A stretch of DNA of 64,000 nucleotides. It comes from Planctomycetota bacterium. Lineage in GTDB: Bacteria; Planctomycetota; UBA1135; GCA-002686595. Below the pieces are notes generated by a model. The model ran no database searches. It had not been told where the DNA came from and worked only from the letters and a program-made list of their open reading frames with translations. This document shows positions 30,012 to 39,035 of this stretch, piece after piece; position 1 is the first letter of the stretch, and each line of letters starts with the position of its first letter. The stretch lies in contig VGYZ01000007.1 of assembly GCA_016872795.1 (NCBI GenBank), positions 5,687 through 69,686 on the forward strand. The letters are read 5' to 3'. A program made the translations under genes and the position numbers.

Positions 30012-32483
30012 ATGCCCCGCCGCCTGCCCGCCGCGCTTCGGCCGCCTACCGCGGCCACCCTGTGCCTCTCCCTCGCCGCCTGCGCCAGCGCGCCGCGTCC
30101 CGCACCGGCCGAACTGCGTCAGCGGCCGCTGGCCGGCGTCTCGCCGAGCCTCGAGGAGATCTTCCTGATCCCCGGCCTCCAAGGAGTGCCGCCGCGGCTG
30201 CGCTCGCTCTCCGCCGACGGGGAGCTCGCACTGGTCGACTGGCGTCCGACCGAGAGCGACGGGAACGGCCAGCGCAGCCTCGGAACCGACCTCGGCCCCC
30301 ACTGGCTCGCCACCTCGGCGCCGCCGCGCGCGCTCGACGAGTCGACCTCCCTGCCGCGCCTGCTCGAGCGCGCGCTCGACGCGCAGGAGCCGGGTGAGTC
30401 GCGCCTGCGGGCCCCCGCTTGGAGCCCGAGCGGACAGCGCCTCGCACTTTTGTGGCGCAGCTCGATCGTGCTCGTCGACTGGAATGCCGCGGGCGAGCCC
30501 GTCGCCAGCGTGCTCTACCGCGATCCGCCCGAAGGCGCCCTCGACGAGCACAGCGAGCCGCGGCCGCGGCTGGGCTCCATCACCTCGCTCGCCTTCACCG
30601 AACTTGGCGCCAAGCTCGAGGTGCGAGCGGACGGCGAGATCCGTCACTTCCCGCTCGACCTGCCGTCGCCCGTGTCGCTCGACGCGGCTCCCTGCATCAC
30701 CGAGGCGCTGGCGGCGCCCGTGTCGCGCGTCGAGTTCTCCGAGGGCCGCGCGCGCGCGCTCTCACGCGAAGGCAAGCTGGTCACCGATCCCGCGCGCGCC
30801 GGAGAACACTTCCACGACTTCGCGACCGGCCGCGGCGTCGCGCTCGAAGGCCTCGAGAGCTCCAAGCGCATCGAGGGCCTCGATCTCTCGCCCTGTGGCG
30901 CGTTCGTGTTCGGCTTCGAGCTCGAGGGCGAGAAGCGCAACAAGCCGACGCTGATCCCCGACTATCTGACCGAACGCGTCACGACGCGCAGCGCGCGCAG
31001 CGAGCTCGCCGACGACGAGTGGCAGGAGCGGCGCGCGTTCGTGTGGTCGACCGCCGACGGTCGCCGCCGCGAGCTCGAACTGCCGGGCGAGCGCAAGACA
31101 CCCACGAGCGCGATCGGCTGGGCGCCCGCGGGGCCGCCGCGCTTCGCCTTCCGTCGCACCGCGAGCGACTACCGCTCGGTCGAGACGTGGGTCTGGAGCG
31201 AGAGCGGACTGCGGCTCGCGCTGGTCGAGCGCGACGAGCACTGGGTCGGCGGCCCGGGCGCGTTCGCGCGCTGGAGCGCGGACGGCGCGCGCATCCTGCT
31301 CGCGTCCGAGGGCGCGCCGTTTTCCACGACGCCGGGCCGCAACCAGCTGTTCGAGCTCGACCCGGACACCGGCGCGCTGCGACAGCTCACCGCAGTCGAA
31401 GGCGAAGTGAGCAGCTGGACAGTGGCAGGCGATGGGAAGCTCATCGTGTGCGCCAGTCGCACGGACCCTGCGCGGCGCGCGCTCGGCGTGGTCGAAGCAA
31501 ACGGCGTGCGCTGGCTTCCGGTGCCCGACGGCATGAACGCGACCCTGCGCCCGAGCGGCGATGGAAGCATGCTCTTGTTCGAGCACGAAGAGCTCGGCGT
31601 TCCTGCGGAGCTGTGGTGTGTGCGCCTCGATGGCGCGCAGCCCGCGACGCGCCTCACCCGCACGGCTCCGGCCGCCTACAGCGAGCGCGACTGGATCCTC
31701 CCCGAGAAGCTGCAGGTGAGTTCCACAGACGGCGTGCTCGTCCGCGCCCATGTCTACTCGCCGCGCGGCGCCTCGCTCGAGCGCCCGCGCGAGCCGCGGC
31801 CCTGCGTAGTGTTCATCCACGGCGCGGGCTACCTCCAGAATGTGACGGACTCGATGACCGAGTACGCGGTCAACCTGATGTTCCACTCGCGCCTCGCCGA
31901 GCAGGGCTATGTGGTCGCGGATGTCGACTATCGCGGCAGCGCCGGCTACGGGGCGAAGTTCCGCGGCGACGTGCAGTTCCAGCTCGGCAAGCTCGAGCTC
32001 GCGGACATCGGCGCGGTGATCGACGAGCTCGCGCGGCGCGGCGCGGTCGATCCGGCGCGTGTCGCGTGCTACGGCGGCTCCTACGGCGGCTTCCTGACGC
32101 TGATGGCGCTGTTCCAAGAGCCGGAGCGCTGGGTCGGCGGCGCGGCCCTGCGCTCGGTGACCGACTGGCGCACCTACCACCCCGGCTACACGCAGCCGCG
32201 GCTCGGGCGTCCCTCGACGCACCCCGAGGCCTACGCCGCGAGTTCGCCCATCGACCACGCGCACAAGCTGCGCGACCCGCTGCTGATCCTGCATGGCATG
32301 GTCGACTCCAATGTCTTCGCGCAGGACTCGATCCGGCTCGTGGAGAAGCTGATCGACCTCGGGCTCGACTTCGACGCCATGCTCTATCCGAGCCAAGACC
32401 ACAGCTTCGAGGACGGCATGCACTGGCTCGACGAGTACCGCCGCATCGAGCGCTTCCTCGTGAACTGCCTAGCGCCGCAGTAG
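30012..32483 (+). CDS. S9-family serine peptidase (prolyl oligopeptidase / dipeptidyl-peptidase type) lipoprotein
   Basis: Lipobox LSLAAC. An N-terminal propeller-like region is followed by a C-terminal hydrolase domain with VFIHGAGY, the GGSYGGFLTL nucleophile elbow, LILHGMVDSNV and QDHSF. Confidence 0.85.
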   Translation: MPRRLPAALRPPTAATLCLSLAACASAPRPAPAELRQRPLAGVSPSLEEIFLIPGLQGVPPRLRSLSADGELALVDWRPTESDGNGQRSLGTDLGPHWLATSAPPRALDESTSLPRLLERALDAQEPGESRLRAPAWSPSGQRLALLWRSSIVLVDWNAAGEPVASVLYRDPPEGALDEHSEPRPRLGSITSLAFTELGAKLEVRADGEIRHFPLDLPSPVSLDAAPCITEALAAPVSRVEFSEGRARALSREGKLVTDPARAGEHFHDFATGRGVALEGLESSKRIEGLDLSPCGAFVFGFELEGEKRNKPTLIPDYLTERVTTRSARSELADDEWQERRAFVWSTADGRRRELELPGERKTPTSAIGWAPAGPPRFAFRRTASDYRSVETWVWSESGLRLALVERDEHWVGGPGAFARWSADGARILLASEGAPFSTTPGRNQLFELDPDTGALRQLTAVEGEVSSWTVAGDGKLIVCASRTDPARRALGVVEANGVRWLPVPDGMNATLRPSGDGSMLLFEHEELGVPAELWCVRLDGAQPATRLTRTAPAAYSERDWILPEKLQVSSTDGVLVRAHVYSPRGASLERPREPRPCVVFIHGAGYLQNVTDSMTEYAVNLMFHSRLAEQGYVVADVDYRGSAGYGAKFRGDVQFQLGKLELADIGAVIDELARRGAVDPARVACYGGSYGGFLTLMALFQEPERWVGGAALRSVTDWRTYHPGYTQPRLGRPSTHPEAYAASSPIDHAHKLRDPLLILHGMVDSNVFAQDSIRLVEKLIDLGLDFDAMLYPSQDHSFEDGMHWLDEYRRIERFLVNCLAPQ

Positions 32484-32492
32484 CCTCCCGCC

Positions 32493-33788
32493 ATGACCTC
32501 CAGCCCGGATTCGCGCCGCAAGTTCCTCGCTCTCTCGGCCCTCGCCAGCGCCGGCGCGCTCGCGAGCGCTTGCCGCAGCAACCTCGCGGCCGCGCCTCCG
32601 CCCGTGGCCGCGGCGCCCGACGACTTCCCCGAGCTGCCGGACCTGCGGCCCGCCGTGGCGCCGATCGCTCCCGCGGAGCGTGCAGCGCGGCGCGCGCGGC
32701 TCGCGCGCATCCTCGCGGAGCGTTCGCTCGATGCCTACCTGTGCGAGGGCGGGCCGACGATGAGCTACCTCGCGGGCGTGTCGTGGGGTCGCTCCGAGCG
32801 CATGTTCGCGCTGCTCGTGCTCGCCGACGGCAGCCACTTGTGGATCTGCCCCGCTTTCGAAGCCGAGAAGGCCAAGCTCAGCGTCGCGAAGGACGGCGAT
32901 CCGGGCGGCGAGATCATCATCTGGGACGAGCACGAGTACGCCTTCGCGCCGCTCGCGGCCGCGCTGCGCGCGCGCCGTGCCGAGCGCGTCGCCGTCGATC
33001 CGCAGGCGCGCGCGTTCGTGCTCGACGGACTGCGCGCGGAGCTCGGCGTGGAGCGCGTGGTCCTCGGCCGCGAGCCGCTCGTCGCGCTGCGCGGCCTCAA
33101 GGATGCGCACGAATTGCAGCTCCTGCGCGTCGCCAGCGAAGGCACGCAGCTCGCGATCGCTGCCGTCGCGCGCCGAGTGCGCCTCGGAATGAACGGCGGC
33201 GATGTGTCGCGCCTGATGGCGCGCGCGCACGCCGCGCTCGGCATGCGCTCGCCCTGGTGCCTCGCGCTCGTCGGTCCCGCCGCGGCCTATCCCCATGGCG
33301 ACAACGAAGCCATCGTGCTCGGCCGCGGCGACTTCCTGCTCGTCGACACGGGCGCGAGCCTGCACGGCTATGCGAGCGACACCACGCGCACTTGGTGCGT
33401 GGAGGGCACGCCTTCGCAGGCGCAGCAAGTTGCGTGGCAGGCCGTGCTGGACGCGCAGCGGCGCGCGTTCGATGCCATCCGTCCCGGCGTCGAGTGCCGC
33501 GAGATCGATCGCGTCGCGCGCGCCGCGCTCGAGCAAGCGGGCTTCGGCCCCGGCTACGCGAAGTTCACGCACCGGCTCGGCCACGGCATCGGCATGGAGG
33601 TCCACGAGGATCCCTATTTCGACGGCGGCAGCCGCGTGCAGCTTCAGCCGGGCATGACGCTCTCGAATGAACCCGGCGTGTACGTCTACGGGGAGTTCGG
33701 CGTGCGCATCGAGGACATCGTCGCCTGCACCGCCGAGGGCGCGACGCACTTTGGCGCTTGGCAGCGTGACTGGACGAGCCCGGCCTGA
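32493..33788 (+). CDS. M24-family Xaa-Pro peptidase with twin-arginine (Tat) signal
   Basis: The N-terminus SRRKFLALSALASAGALASAC is Tat-type. The catalytic part reads DTGASLHGYASDTTRT, HRLGHGIGMEVHE, NEPGVY and RIED. Confidence 0.88.
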   Translation: MTSSPDSRRKFLALSALASAGALASACRSNLAAAPPPVAAAPDDFPELPDLRPAVAPIAPAERAARRARLARILAERSLDAYLCEGGPTMSYLAGVSWGRSERMFALLVLADGSHLWICPAFEAEKAKLSVAKDGDPGGEIIIWDEHEYAFAPLAAALRARRAERVAVDPQARAFVLDGLRAELGVERVVLGREPLVALRGLKDAHELQLLRVASEGTQLAIAAVARRVRLGMNGGDVSRLMARAHAALGMRSPWCLALVGPAAAYPHGDNEAIVLGRGDFLLVDTGASLHGYASDTTRTWCVEGTPSQAQQVAWQAVLDAQRRAFDAIRPGVECREIDRVARAALEQAGFGPGYAKFTHRLGHGIGMEVHEDPYFDGGSRVQLQPGMTLSNEPGVYVYGEFGVRIEDIVACTAEGATHFGAWQRDWTSPA

Positions 33789-33801
33789 GAGCGCAACACG
33801 C

Positions 33802-34980
33802 TCACTGCGCCGTGGAGATCCACTGCGAGCGCAGCCGCGCCCCGTCGCTCGAATCGAGCCACGCGAACAGGAGCCCCTCGCCCGCGGCCACGAGGCGCGC
33901 GATGCCAGCCGCGCGCCCAGGCACGGTCGCGGCCAGCGTTCGAGCCTCGCCCACCACACCATTTTCGACCGGCGCAAGCCGCCACTCGCCGCGCTCGCGC
34001 GTCGGCCGCTCGAGCCAACTCACCCACAGCCGACCGGTCGCGTCGTAGGCGCAGTCGACAAAGCCATCGGTCTCGGCCCGCGAGACCTGCGTCGGCGCGC
34101 CGAATGTGCGCCCTCCGTCGCGCGAAAAGGCGACCTGCACGCGCGCTCGACTCTCGGCGCCGAGGGTGAACCATGCCACGGCGAGCTCCGCGCCGCTCGC
34201 CGCAAGCACCGGTCCGTTGACCGGACAGCCCGCGATCTTCCAGCCGTCGTCGCACACGCGCACGGGAGCGCTCGCGCTGCCGTCGGAGCGCACGAGCACC
34301 GCGGCGAGGTCGCGCACCTCGTCCGGATCGCGGTCGCGGTAGACGACGAGCACATCGCCGCTCGCGGTGCGCTCGGCCGCCGTCGCGCAGCAGTCGCACA
34401 CGCGCGAGTCGAGCAGGATCTCAGGTCCAAGCTCCCCGCGCTTCGAGACCGCGCGCGCGCGCAGCTGCATCGCGCCGGAGCCGTCGTGGTGGCCCCCACT
34501 CCCGCGCCCGTCGAGCCACACGGCAAGCCAGCGCTCGGCATCGAGCGCGGCCAGCGAAACGAAGCCGTGCTCGCCCGTTCCGGGGTCGTCGTGCAAGACG
34601 AATGTCTCGGCGCCGGCGACGGACATGCGCACGCGATAGTCGTAGGTGGCCGGCCCGCTGCGCTCCAGCCAACTCGCCGCGAGCGTGCCGTCCTCCAGCG
34701 CAGCGAGCGCCGGAACGTCGGCCCAGTTGACGAACCAGTCGGCACCGGATCCCAGCGTGCGCGCAGCCTCCCACCCCGCGGGACCCCAAGCGCTCGCGCG
34801 CAGCGCATGCGGCCCTTGTCCCTCGATCCACGAGAGTCGCGGCACGCGGTCGGCACCGATGCCGAGCGCCACCGCGCGCGCGTTCGGCGCCGCGGGCGGA
34901 TCCGCGAGCTGTACCGCCGCGGGCTCGGGCGAGCACGCAGCCAGCAGCACGAGCGCGGGCAGGCAGTCGAGATGACGCAT
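33802..34980 (-). CDS. BNR/sialidase-like beta-propeller lipoprotein
   Basis: Lipobox VLLAAC. A BNR-like motif AFSRDGGRTFG is present, along with repeated W..W... strands. Confidence 0.6.
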   Translation of the reverse strand: MRHLDCLPALVLLAACSPEPAAVQLADPPAAPNARAVALGIGADRVPRLSWIEGQGPHALRASAWGPAGWEAARTLGSGADWFVNWADVPALAALEDGTLAASWLERSGPATYDYRVRMSVAGAETFVLHDDPGTGEHGFVSLAALDAERWLAVWLDGRGSGGHHDGSGAMQLRARAVSKRGELGPEILLDSRVCDCCATAAERTASGDVLVVYRDRDPDEVRDLAAVLVRSDGSASAPVRVCDDGWKIAGCPVNGPVLAASGAELAVAWFTLGAESRARVQVAFSRDGGRTFGAPTQVSRAETDGFVDCAYDATGRLWVSWLERPTRERGEWRLAPVENGVVGEARTLAATVPGRAAGIARLVAAGEGLLFAWLDSSDGARLRSQWISTAQ

Positions 34981-35139
34981 GGAGGTAGAGCCCTTGGCGC
35001 GGCAGCACTCGGTCAGGAACGAGGACCCCCACGCACGGCCCGGACACGAACGCGGGCGCTCCCCGAGCTCGGGAACGCCCGTCGGACTGCGTGGGGGCGA
35101 CCGCGGCGCTCGCGAGCGGAGCCCGCAGGTCCGCCTCGC

Positions 35140-35280
35140 CTACAGGCGCGTGTAGTCGCGGCCGCGGCGCGGCTTCTTCTGGCGACCCAGTTTGAGGATC
35201 TTGCCAGAGTTCATGCCCATGCGCTTGACGCGCTTGCGGCCGCGCGTGGGGCCGCCGTTCTTGAAGCGGGAGTTGGCCAT
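35140..35280 (-). CDS. 46-aa hyper-basic small protein (possible ribosome-associated / bL34-like)
   Basis: MANSRFKNGGPTRGRKRVKRMGMNSGKILKLGRQKKPRRGRDYTRL has 17 of 46 residues as Arg/Lys. It is the internal ATG of track ORF 35140..35412 and sits alone between two same-strand genes. Confidence 0.45.
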   Translation of the reverse strand: MANSRFKNGGPTRGRKRVKRMGMNSGKILKLGRQKKPRRGRDYTRL

Positions 35281-35421
35281 GGCTTTGGAGGCGTGGCGGA
35301 GGGGAAAGGGATGCCCCCGAGCTGGGGCGAGGTTCGAAGGGGGAAGAGTATGGCGCGAGCGAGGAACGGCGGCAAGCCCCGCGGCTGCGGGCTTGCGCCT
35401 CATGGGCAACACTCGTGGGCC

Positions 35422-37323
35422 TCAGTCGCCCCCGTAGCCCAGCGCTTTCAAGGCGTCCGCGTTGTCCACCCGCTGCACCCGGCCGTCCCGCTCGTCATCC
35501 GCCCCCCAGCGCGCCCGCAGGCGCTCCAGCTCGCTCCGCAGGCGCCCGACCATGTCCGCTCGCTCCGCACCCAGGTCGCGGACCTCGAGCGGGTCCGCCG
35601 CCACATTGAACAGCTTCCACTGCAGCCTGCGATCGGCGCCTTGGAACTGCACCAGCTTCCAGTCGCCCTCGTACAGGGCGAGCTTGACGAGGCTCGGGTT
35701 GATGTTGTCCCGGTTTTCGACGAGCAGCAGGCGCTCGGGAGCAAGCGGTCCGAGCAGGTTCACGCCATAGGTCTCGAACGAGCTCTCCAGCCCGGCGAGG
35801 GCCAGCAGGGTCGGGGCCACGTCGATCCCGTGCGCCGGTTCGCGCACCTCGCGCCCCTCCTTCGACCCGGCCGGCCGCACGAGCAGCGGCACGCGCGTGT
35901 GGCACTCGAGCACATCCCTGTGCTCGAACTGCCCGTTCTCGCCGAAGGCCTCGCCGTGGTCCGAGGTCAGCACCACTCCGGTGCGCCCGAGGTCGAGCCG
36001 CCCGACGAAGCGATCGACCTCGCGGTCGAGCGACCACAGCTCCGCGTCGTAGAGGTCGCGCACATGGCGCGCGTCCTCCGCTCCGAGCTTCAGGCCCTCC
36101 GCGCGCACGCGGTTGCTGCGCAGCGCGTAGCCGTCGGCCGGCCCGTCGTACGGTCGCACGAAGCGCTCGCGCGCCTCGGGCTCGGGCAGGTACGGCCAGT
36201 GCGCGTCGTACAGGTTGACGAAGCAGAACCAAGGTCGCGGGTCGTCGCCCTCGATCCATTTCAGAGCGCGCGCGAGCACCTCGCTCCCCGGCGACTGGAA
36301 GTCCTGAATCCAGTGCGGATCCCCGTTCGCGGCGAAGCCTGGCACCCGCTTCGCGATCAGCGACTGCACATCGTGCACGAGCGCCCAAGCATGCGTGTAC
36401 GTCGCCCACGGATCGACGAGATCGTCGTAGGTCTCGAAGGCGTAGTTGATGCCGCTCTGCGCGCGCAACACATCGGTACCGACGAAGGCTGCCGTGCGGT
36501 AGCCGGCCTGGCGAAACCTACTCACTACCGTGGGCGTGGCCCAAGGCCGGAAGAACTGACGCGTGAGCCGCGCCCCGTGGTGCGACGGATACACGCCGGT
36601 GAGCATCGAGAGATGCGATGTGAGCGTATAGGTCGAAACCGAGCGCGAGTTCGTGAAGCACAGCGCCTGCTCCGAGAAACGCGCCAGCTGGGGCGTAGTG
36701 TCGCGATCGTATCCGTAGGGCGAGAGCGAGTCCGCGCGCGTCGTGTCCCACACGAGCAGCAGCACATTGGGCGCGTCGGGACGCGCTAGCCCCATCGGTG
36801 ACGGCCCACCCGAGTGGAAAGTGACGAGCCACGCAATCGGCCAGGGAATCAGCGTGCAGCCGAGCACGAGCCAGCGTACGGGCAAGCGCTCGAGCACGGC
36901 GAGCAGCAACGCCACGGCGATGACGCAGCCGACCGCGAGAGCGAGCGCGAGCAGCCACGGCGTCGGGCTCTTCAGGCCAGCGAGGTTCCCGCCCAGAGCC
37001 GTGTAGCTGTCGAGGTGCGCGTGCAGCGCCACCGGCAGCGCGGTCCAGAGCATGTGGCGCGCGCTCGCGTGCAGCGGATGGTCGAACTTGCGCAGAGCCA
37101 GCATCCCGCGCAGCGCGCGATCGACGAGCAGCGTCCACGGCAGGGTCGCGAGCGCGAAGGCGAGCCACAGCGCCAGCGTCTCGGCGAAGAGCCACAGACT
37201 CGGCTCGCGGTGATGGTGCACGCGGCGCACCGCCAGCGAGTCCGCCAGCGCGAGCACGGAGGCCCACGCAAGCGCGCCGACGAGGCGCGAGCCCACGCTG
37301 GCCGTTGTAGTTCGTCTTGCCAT
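35422..37323 (-). CDS. Membrane-anchored sulfatase-like (alkaline-phosphatase superfamily) hydrolase/transferase, LtaS/EptA-type
   Basis: The N-terminal part of about 200 aa is multi-TM. It is followed by LLLVWDTTRADSLSPYGY and STYTLTSHLSMLTG. The position of the sulfatase Cys/Ser-x-Pro-x-Arg motif reads T-L-T-S-H instead. The ATG at 37323 lies inside track ORF 35422..37575. Confidence 0.8.
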   Translation of the reverse strand: MARRTTTASVGSRLVGALAWASVLALADSLAVRRVHHHREPSLWLFAETLALWLAFALATLPWTLLVDRALRGMLALRKFDHPLHASARHMLWTALPVALHAHLDSYTALGGNLAGLKSPTPWLLALALAVGCVIAVALLLAVLERLPVRWLVLGCTLIPWPIAWLVTFHSGGPSPMGLARPDAPNVLLLVWDTTRADSLSPYGYDRDTTPQLARFSEQALCFTNSRSVSTYTLTSHLSMLTGVYPSHHGARLTRQFFRPWATPTVVSRFRQAGYRTAAFVGTDVLRAQSGINYAFETYDDLVDPWATYTHAWALVHDVQSLIAKRVPGFAANGDPHWIQDFQSPGSEVLARALKWIEGDDPRPWFCFVNLYDAHWPYLPEPEARERFVRPYDGPADGYALRSNRVRAEGLKLGAEDARHVRDLYDAELWSLDREVDRFVGRLDLGRTGVVLTSDHGEAFGENGQFEHRDVLECHTRVPLLVRPAGSKEGREVREPAHGIDVAPTLLALAGLESSFETYGVNLLGPLAPERLLLVENRDNINPSLVKLALYEGDWKLVQFQGADRRLQWKLFNVAADPLEVRDLGAERADMVGRLRSELERLRARWGADDERDGRVQRVDNADALKALGYGGD

Positions 37324-37433
37324 GCGAGTCCCCAAGGGAGCGGGAAGCTCCTTCTTCGAGCCTAGCGGACGCGCGGCTGGAACCAAGCTCCGTGGGGCCA
37401 GATCCCGGGCAGCGCGGACTGGGAATCGCGCTC

Positions 37434-37643
37434 TCAGCGCCGCGGAGCCCGGAACAGGACCGCGAGCCCCCAGACGAGTCCGAGCGTGGCGAGGGCCTCG
37501 TCGAGGTTGCCGAAGAGCGGCGCTCCGTCGGGCACGAGCTCGAACAGCCCGAGCCCGGAGTTGGCGAGCACGCACAGCCCGAGCAGCACGGCCGCGAGGG
37601 CGGCAACGGCCTTCGGGGCGCTCGTGCGCTCGCCGCTAGCCAC
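37434..37643 (-). CDS. Small (69 aa) two-helix membrane protein
   Basis: The GTG at 37643 overlaps the upstream gene stop. The protein reads VASGERTSAPKAVAALAAVLLGLCVLANSGLGLFELV...LATLGLVWGLAVLF. Confidence 0.4.
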   Translation of the reverse strand: MASGERTSAPKAVAALAAVLLGLCVLANSGLGLFELVPDGAPLFGNLDEALATLGLVWGLAVLFRAPRR

Positions 37644-38232
37644 CGCTCGCTCCCTGCGTGCGCACCACGAGCGTCGCGCCCGGCACATCGCGCCCGAGCG
37701 AGCGCCCCACCTTGGCGAGCGCCCACTCGACAATGCCGCGCACGCGCGCATCGGCGTCGAACGGCGGCGCGTCGGCACTGAAGTGCGGCACATTGCGCAC
37801 CTTGTCCCCGCCGATCGGTCCGTGCCCGAGCACGCGCGCCACCGGCAGCTCGACCACGATCGCGAGCCGCTCTCGGCGCACCTGCGCATCCTTCCAGTCC
37901 CGCAGATCGATCCCCCACACTTCCTGCGCGGCGTCGTTGCGCTCCGCCCCGCTCGTGTGGCTCAGGATCCACGGCTTCTCGGCCTCGTAGCGCAGCTGGA
38001 CGAGCGCCTGCCGCACGATCACGGTGCCGTAGTCGTCGAGCCAGCGCTGCAGGCGCGCCTCGGGATCCTGCGGCAGCGTCGCGAGGTCGCGCTCGATCGT
38101 GCTCGCGACTTGGCCCGCGCGCCAGCGGTACAGCAGCACGCCGGCTCCCAGCCCGAGCGCCACGAGCGCGATCACGAACACGAGCCCGTTGACGCGCACA
38201 GTCGGGGCGACGGAGGTCTCGGGGGCGCTCAT
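37636..38232 (-). CDS. Hypothetical membrane-anchored protein
   Basis: MSAPETSVAPTVRVNGLVFVIALVALGLGAGVLLY (one TM) followed by a soluble domain. I recognise no family. Confidence 0.55.
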   Translation of the reverse strand: MSAPETSVAPTVRVNGLVFVIALVALGLGAGVLLYRWRAGQVASTIERDLATLPQDPEARLQRWLDDYGTVIVRQALVQLRYEAEKPWILSHTSGAERNDAAQEVWGIDLRDWKDAQVRRERLAIVVELPVARVLGHGPIGGDKVRNVPHFSADAPPFDADARVRGIVEWALAKVGRSLGRDVPGATLVVRTQGASGG

Positions 38233-38296
38233 GCCCGCATTGTGGACTCGCGCGCCCCGGACTTCCATCCACGGCCCGGTCCTCTACCCTGTCTGC

Positions 38297-39019
38297 GTGC
38301 GCCGCATCTTCGTCGGAGACATCCAAGGCTGTCGCGAGGAGCTCGAAGCACTCCTCGAACGCCTGCATTTCGACCCTTCCGCCGACGAGCTGCACCCTGT
38401 CGGCGACCTCGTCAACCGCGGGCCGGACTCGCTCGGCACGCTGCGCCTCCTCCGGCAACTGCGCGCGGGCGGCGTGCTCGGGAACCACGACATCTCCCTC
38501 CTGCGCGTGGCCGCAGGTCTGCGCGAGCTGCGCGCGGGCGACACCACGCAGGATGTCCTCGGTGCCACGGATCGCGACGAGCTGCTCGCGTGGGTGCGCG
38601 AGCGACCGTTCGTGCGCCAGTGGGACGACGTGTGGCTCGTGCACGCGGCCTTGCATCCGGCGTGGGCCGATCCGGAGCGCGAGCTCGCGGGCCTCGATCC
38701 GCTCCTGCCCCACCCCGCGATCGACTTCGCGACGCGCGCGCGCGCCACGACGCGCGAGGGCAGGCTCTCCAAGCAGGATCCGCCGCCGCCGGGCAGTCCC
38801 TACCGGCCGTGGTTCGAGCACTGGTTCGACTCGCGCGTCGGCGATCGCCGCACCGTGGTCTACGGCCACTGGTCGCGCATGCAGCTCGTGCTGCGCCCCA
38901 AGCTGCGCGGCCTCGACACCGGCTGCGTGTGGGGCGGCAAGCTGTCCGCATGGATCGCCGAGGAGGACCGCATCGAGCAAGTCATTGCCCGTCGGCGCTA
39001 CGCGCACTTCGACGACTAG
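38297..39019 (+). CDS. apaH: Bis(5'-nucleosyl)-tetraphosphatase, symmetrical (ApaH-type metallophosphatase)
   Basis: The ORF reads VRRIFVGDIQGCREELEALLERL...VGDLVNRGPDSL...GNHD..., then VHAAL and VYGHW. The GTG start at 38297 lies inside track ORF 38099..39019. Confidence 0.85.
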   Translation: MRRIFVGDIQGCREELEALLERLHFDPSADELHPVGDLVNRGPDSLGTLRLLRQLRAGGVLGNHDISLLRVAAGLRELRAGDTTQDVLGATDRDELLAWVRERPFVRQWDDVWLVHAALHPAWADPERELAGLDPLLPHPAIDFATRARATTREGRLSKQDPPPPGSPYRPWFEHWFDSRVGDRRTVVYGHWSRMQLVLRPKLRGLDTGCVWGGKLSAWIAEEDRIEQVIARRRYAHFDD

Positions 39020-39035
39020 CGGCGCTCGTGGCGCC

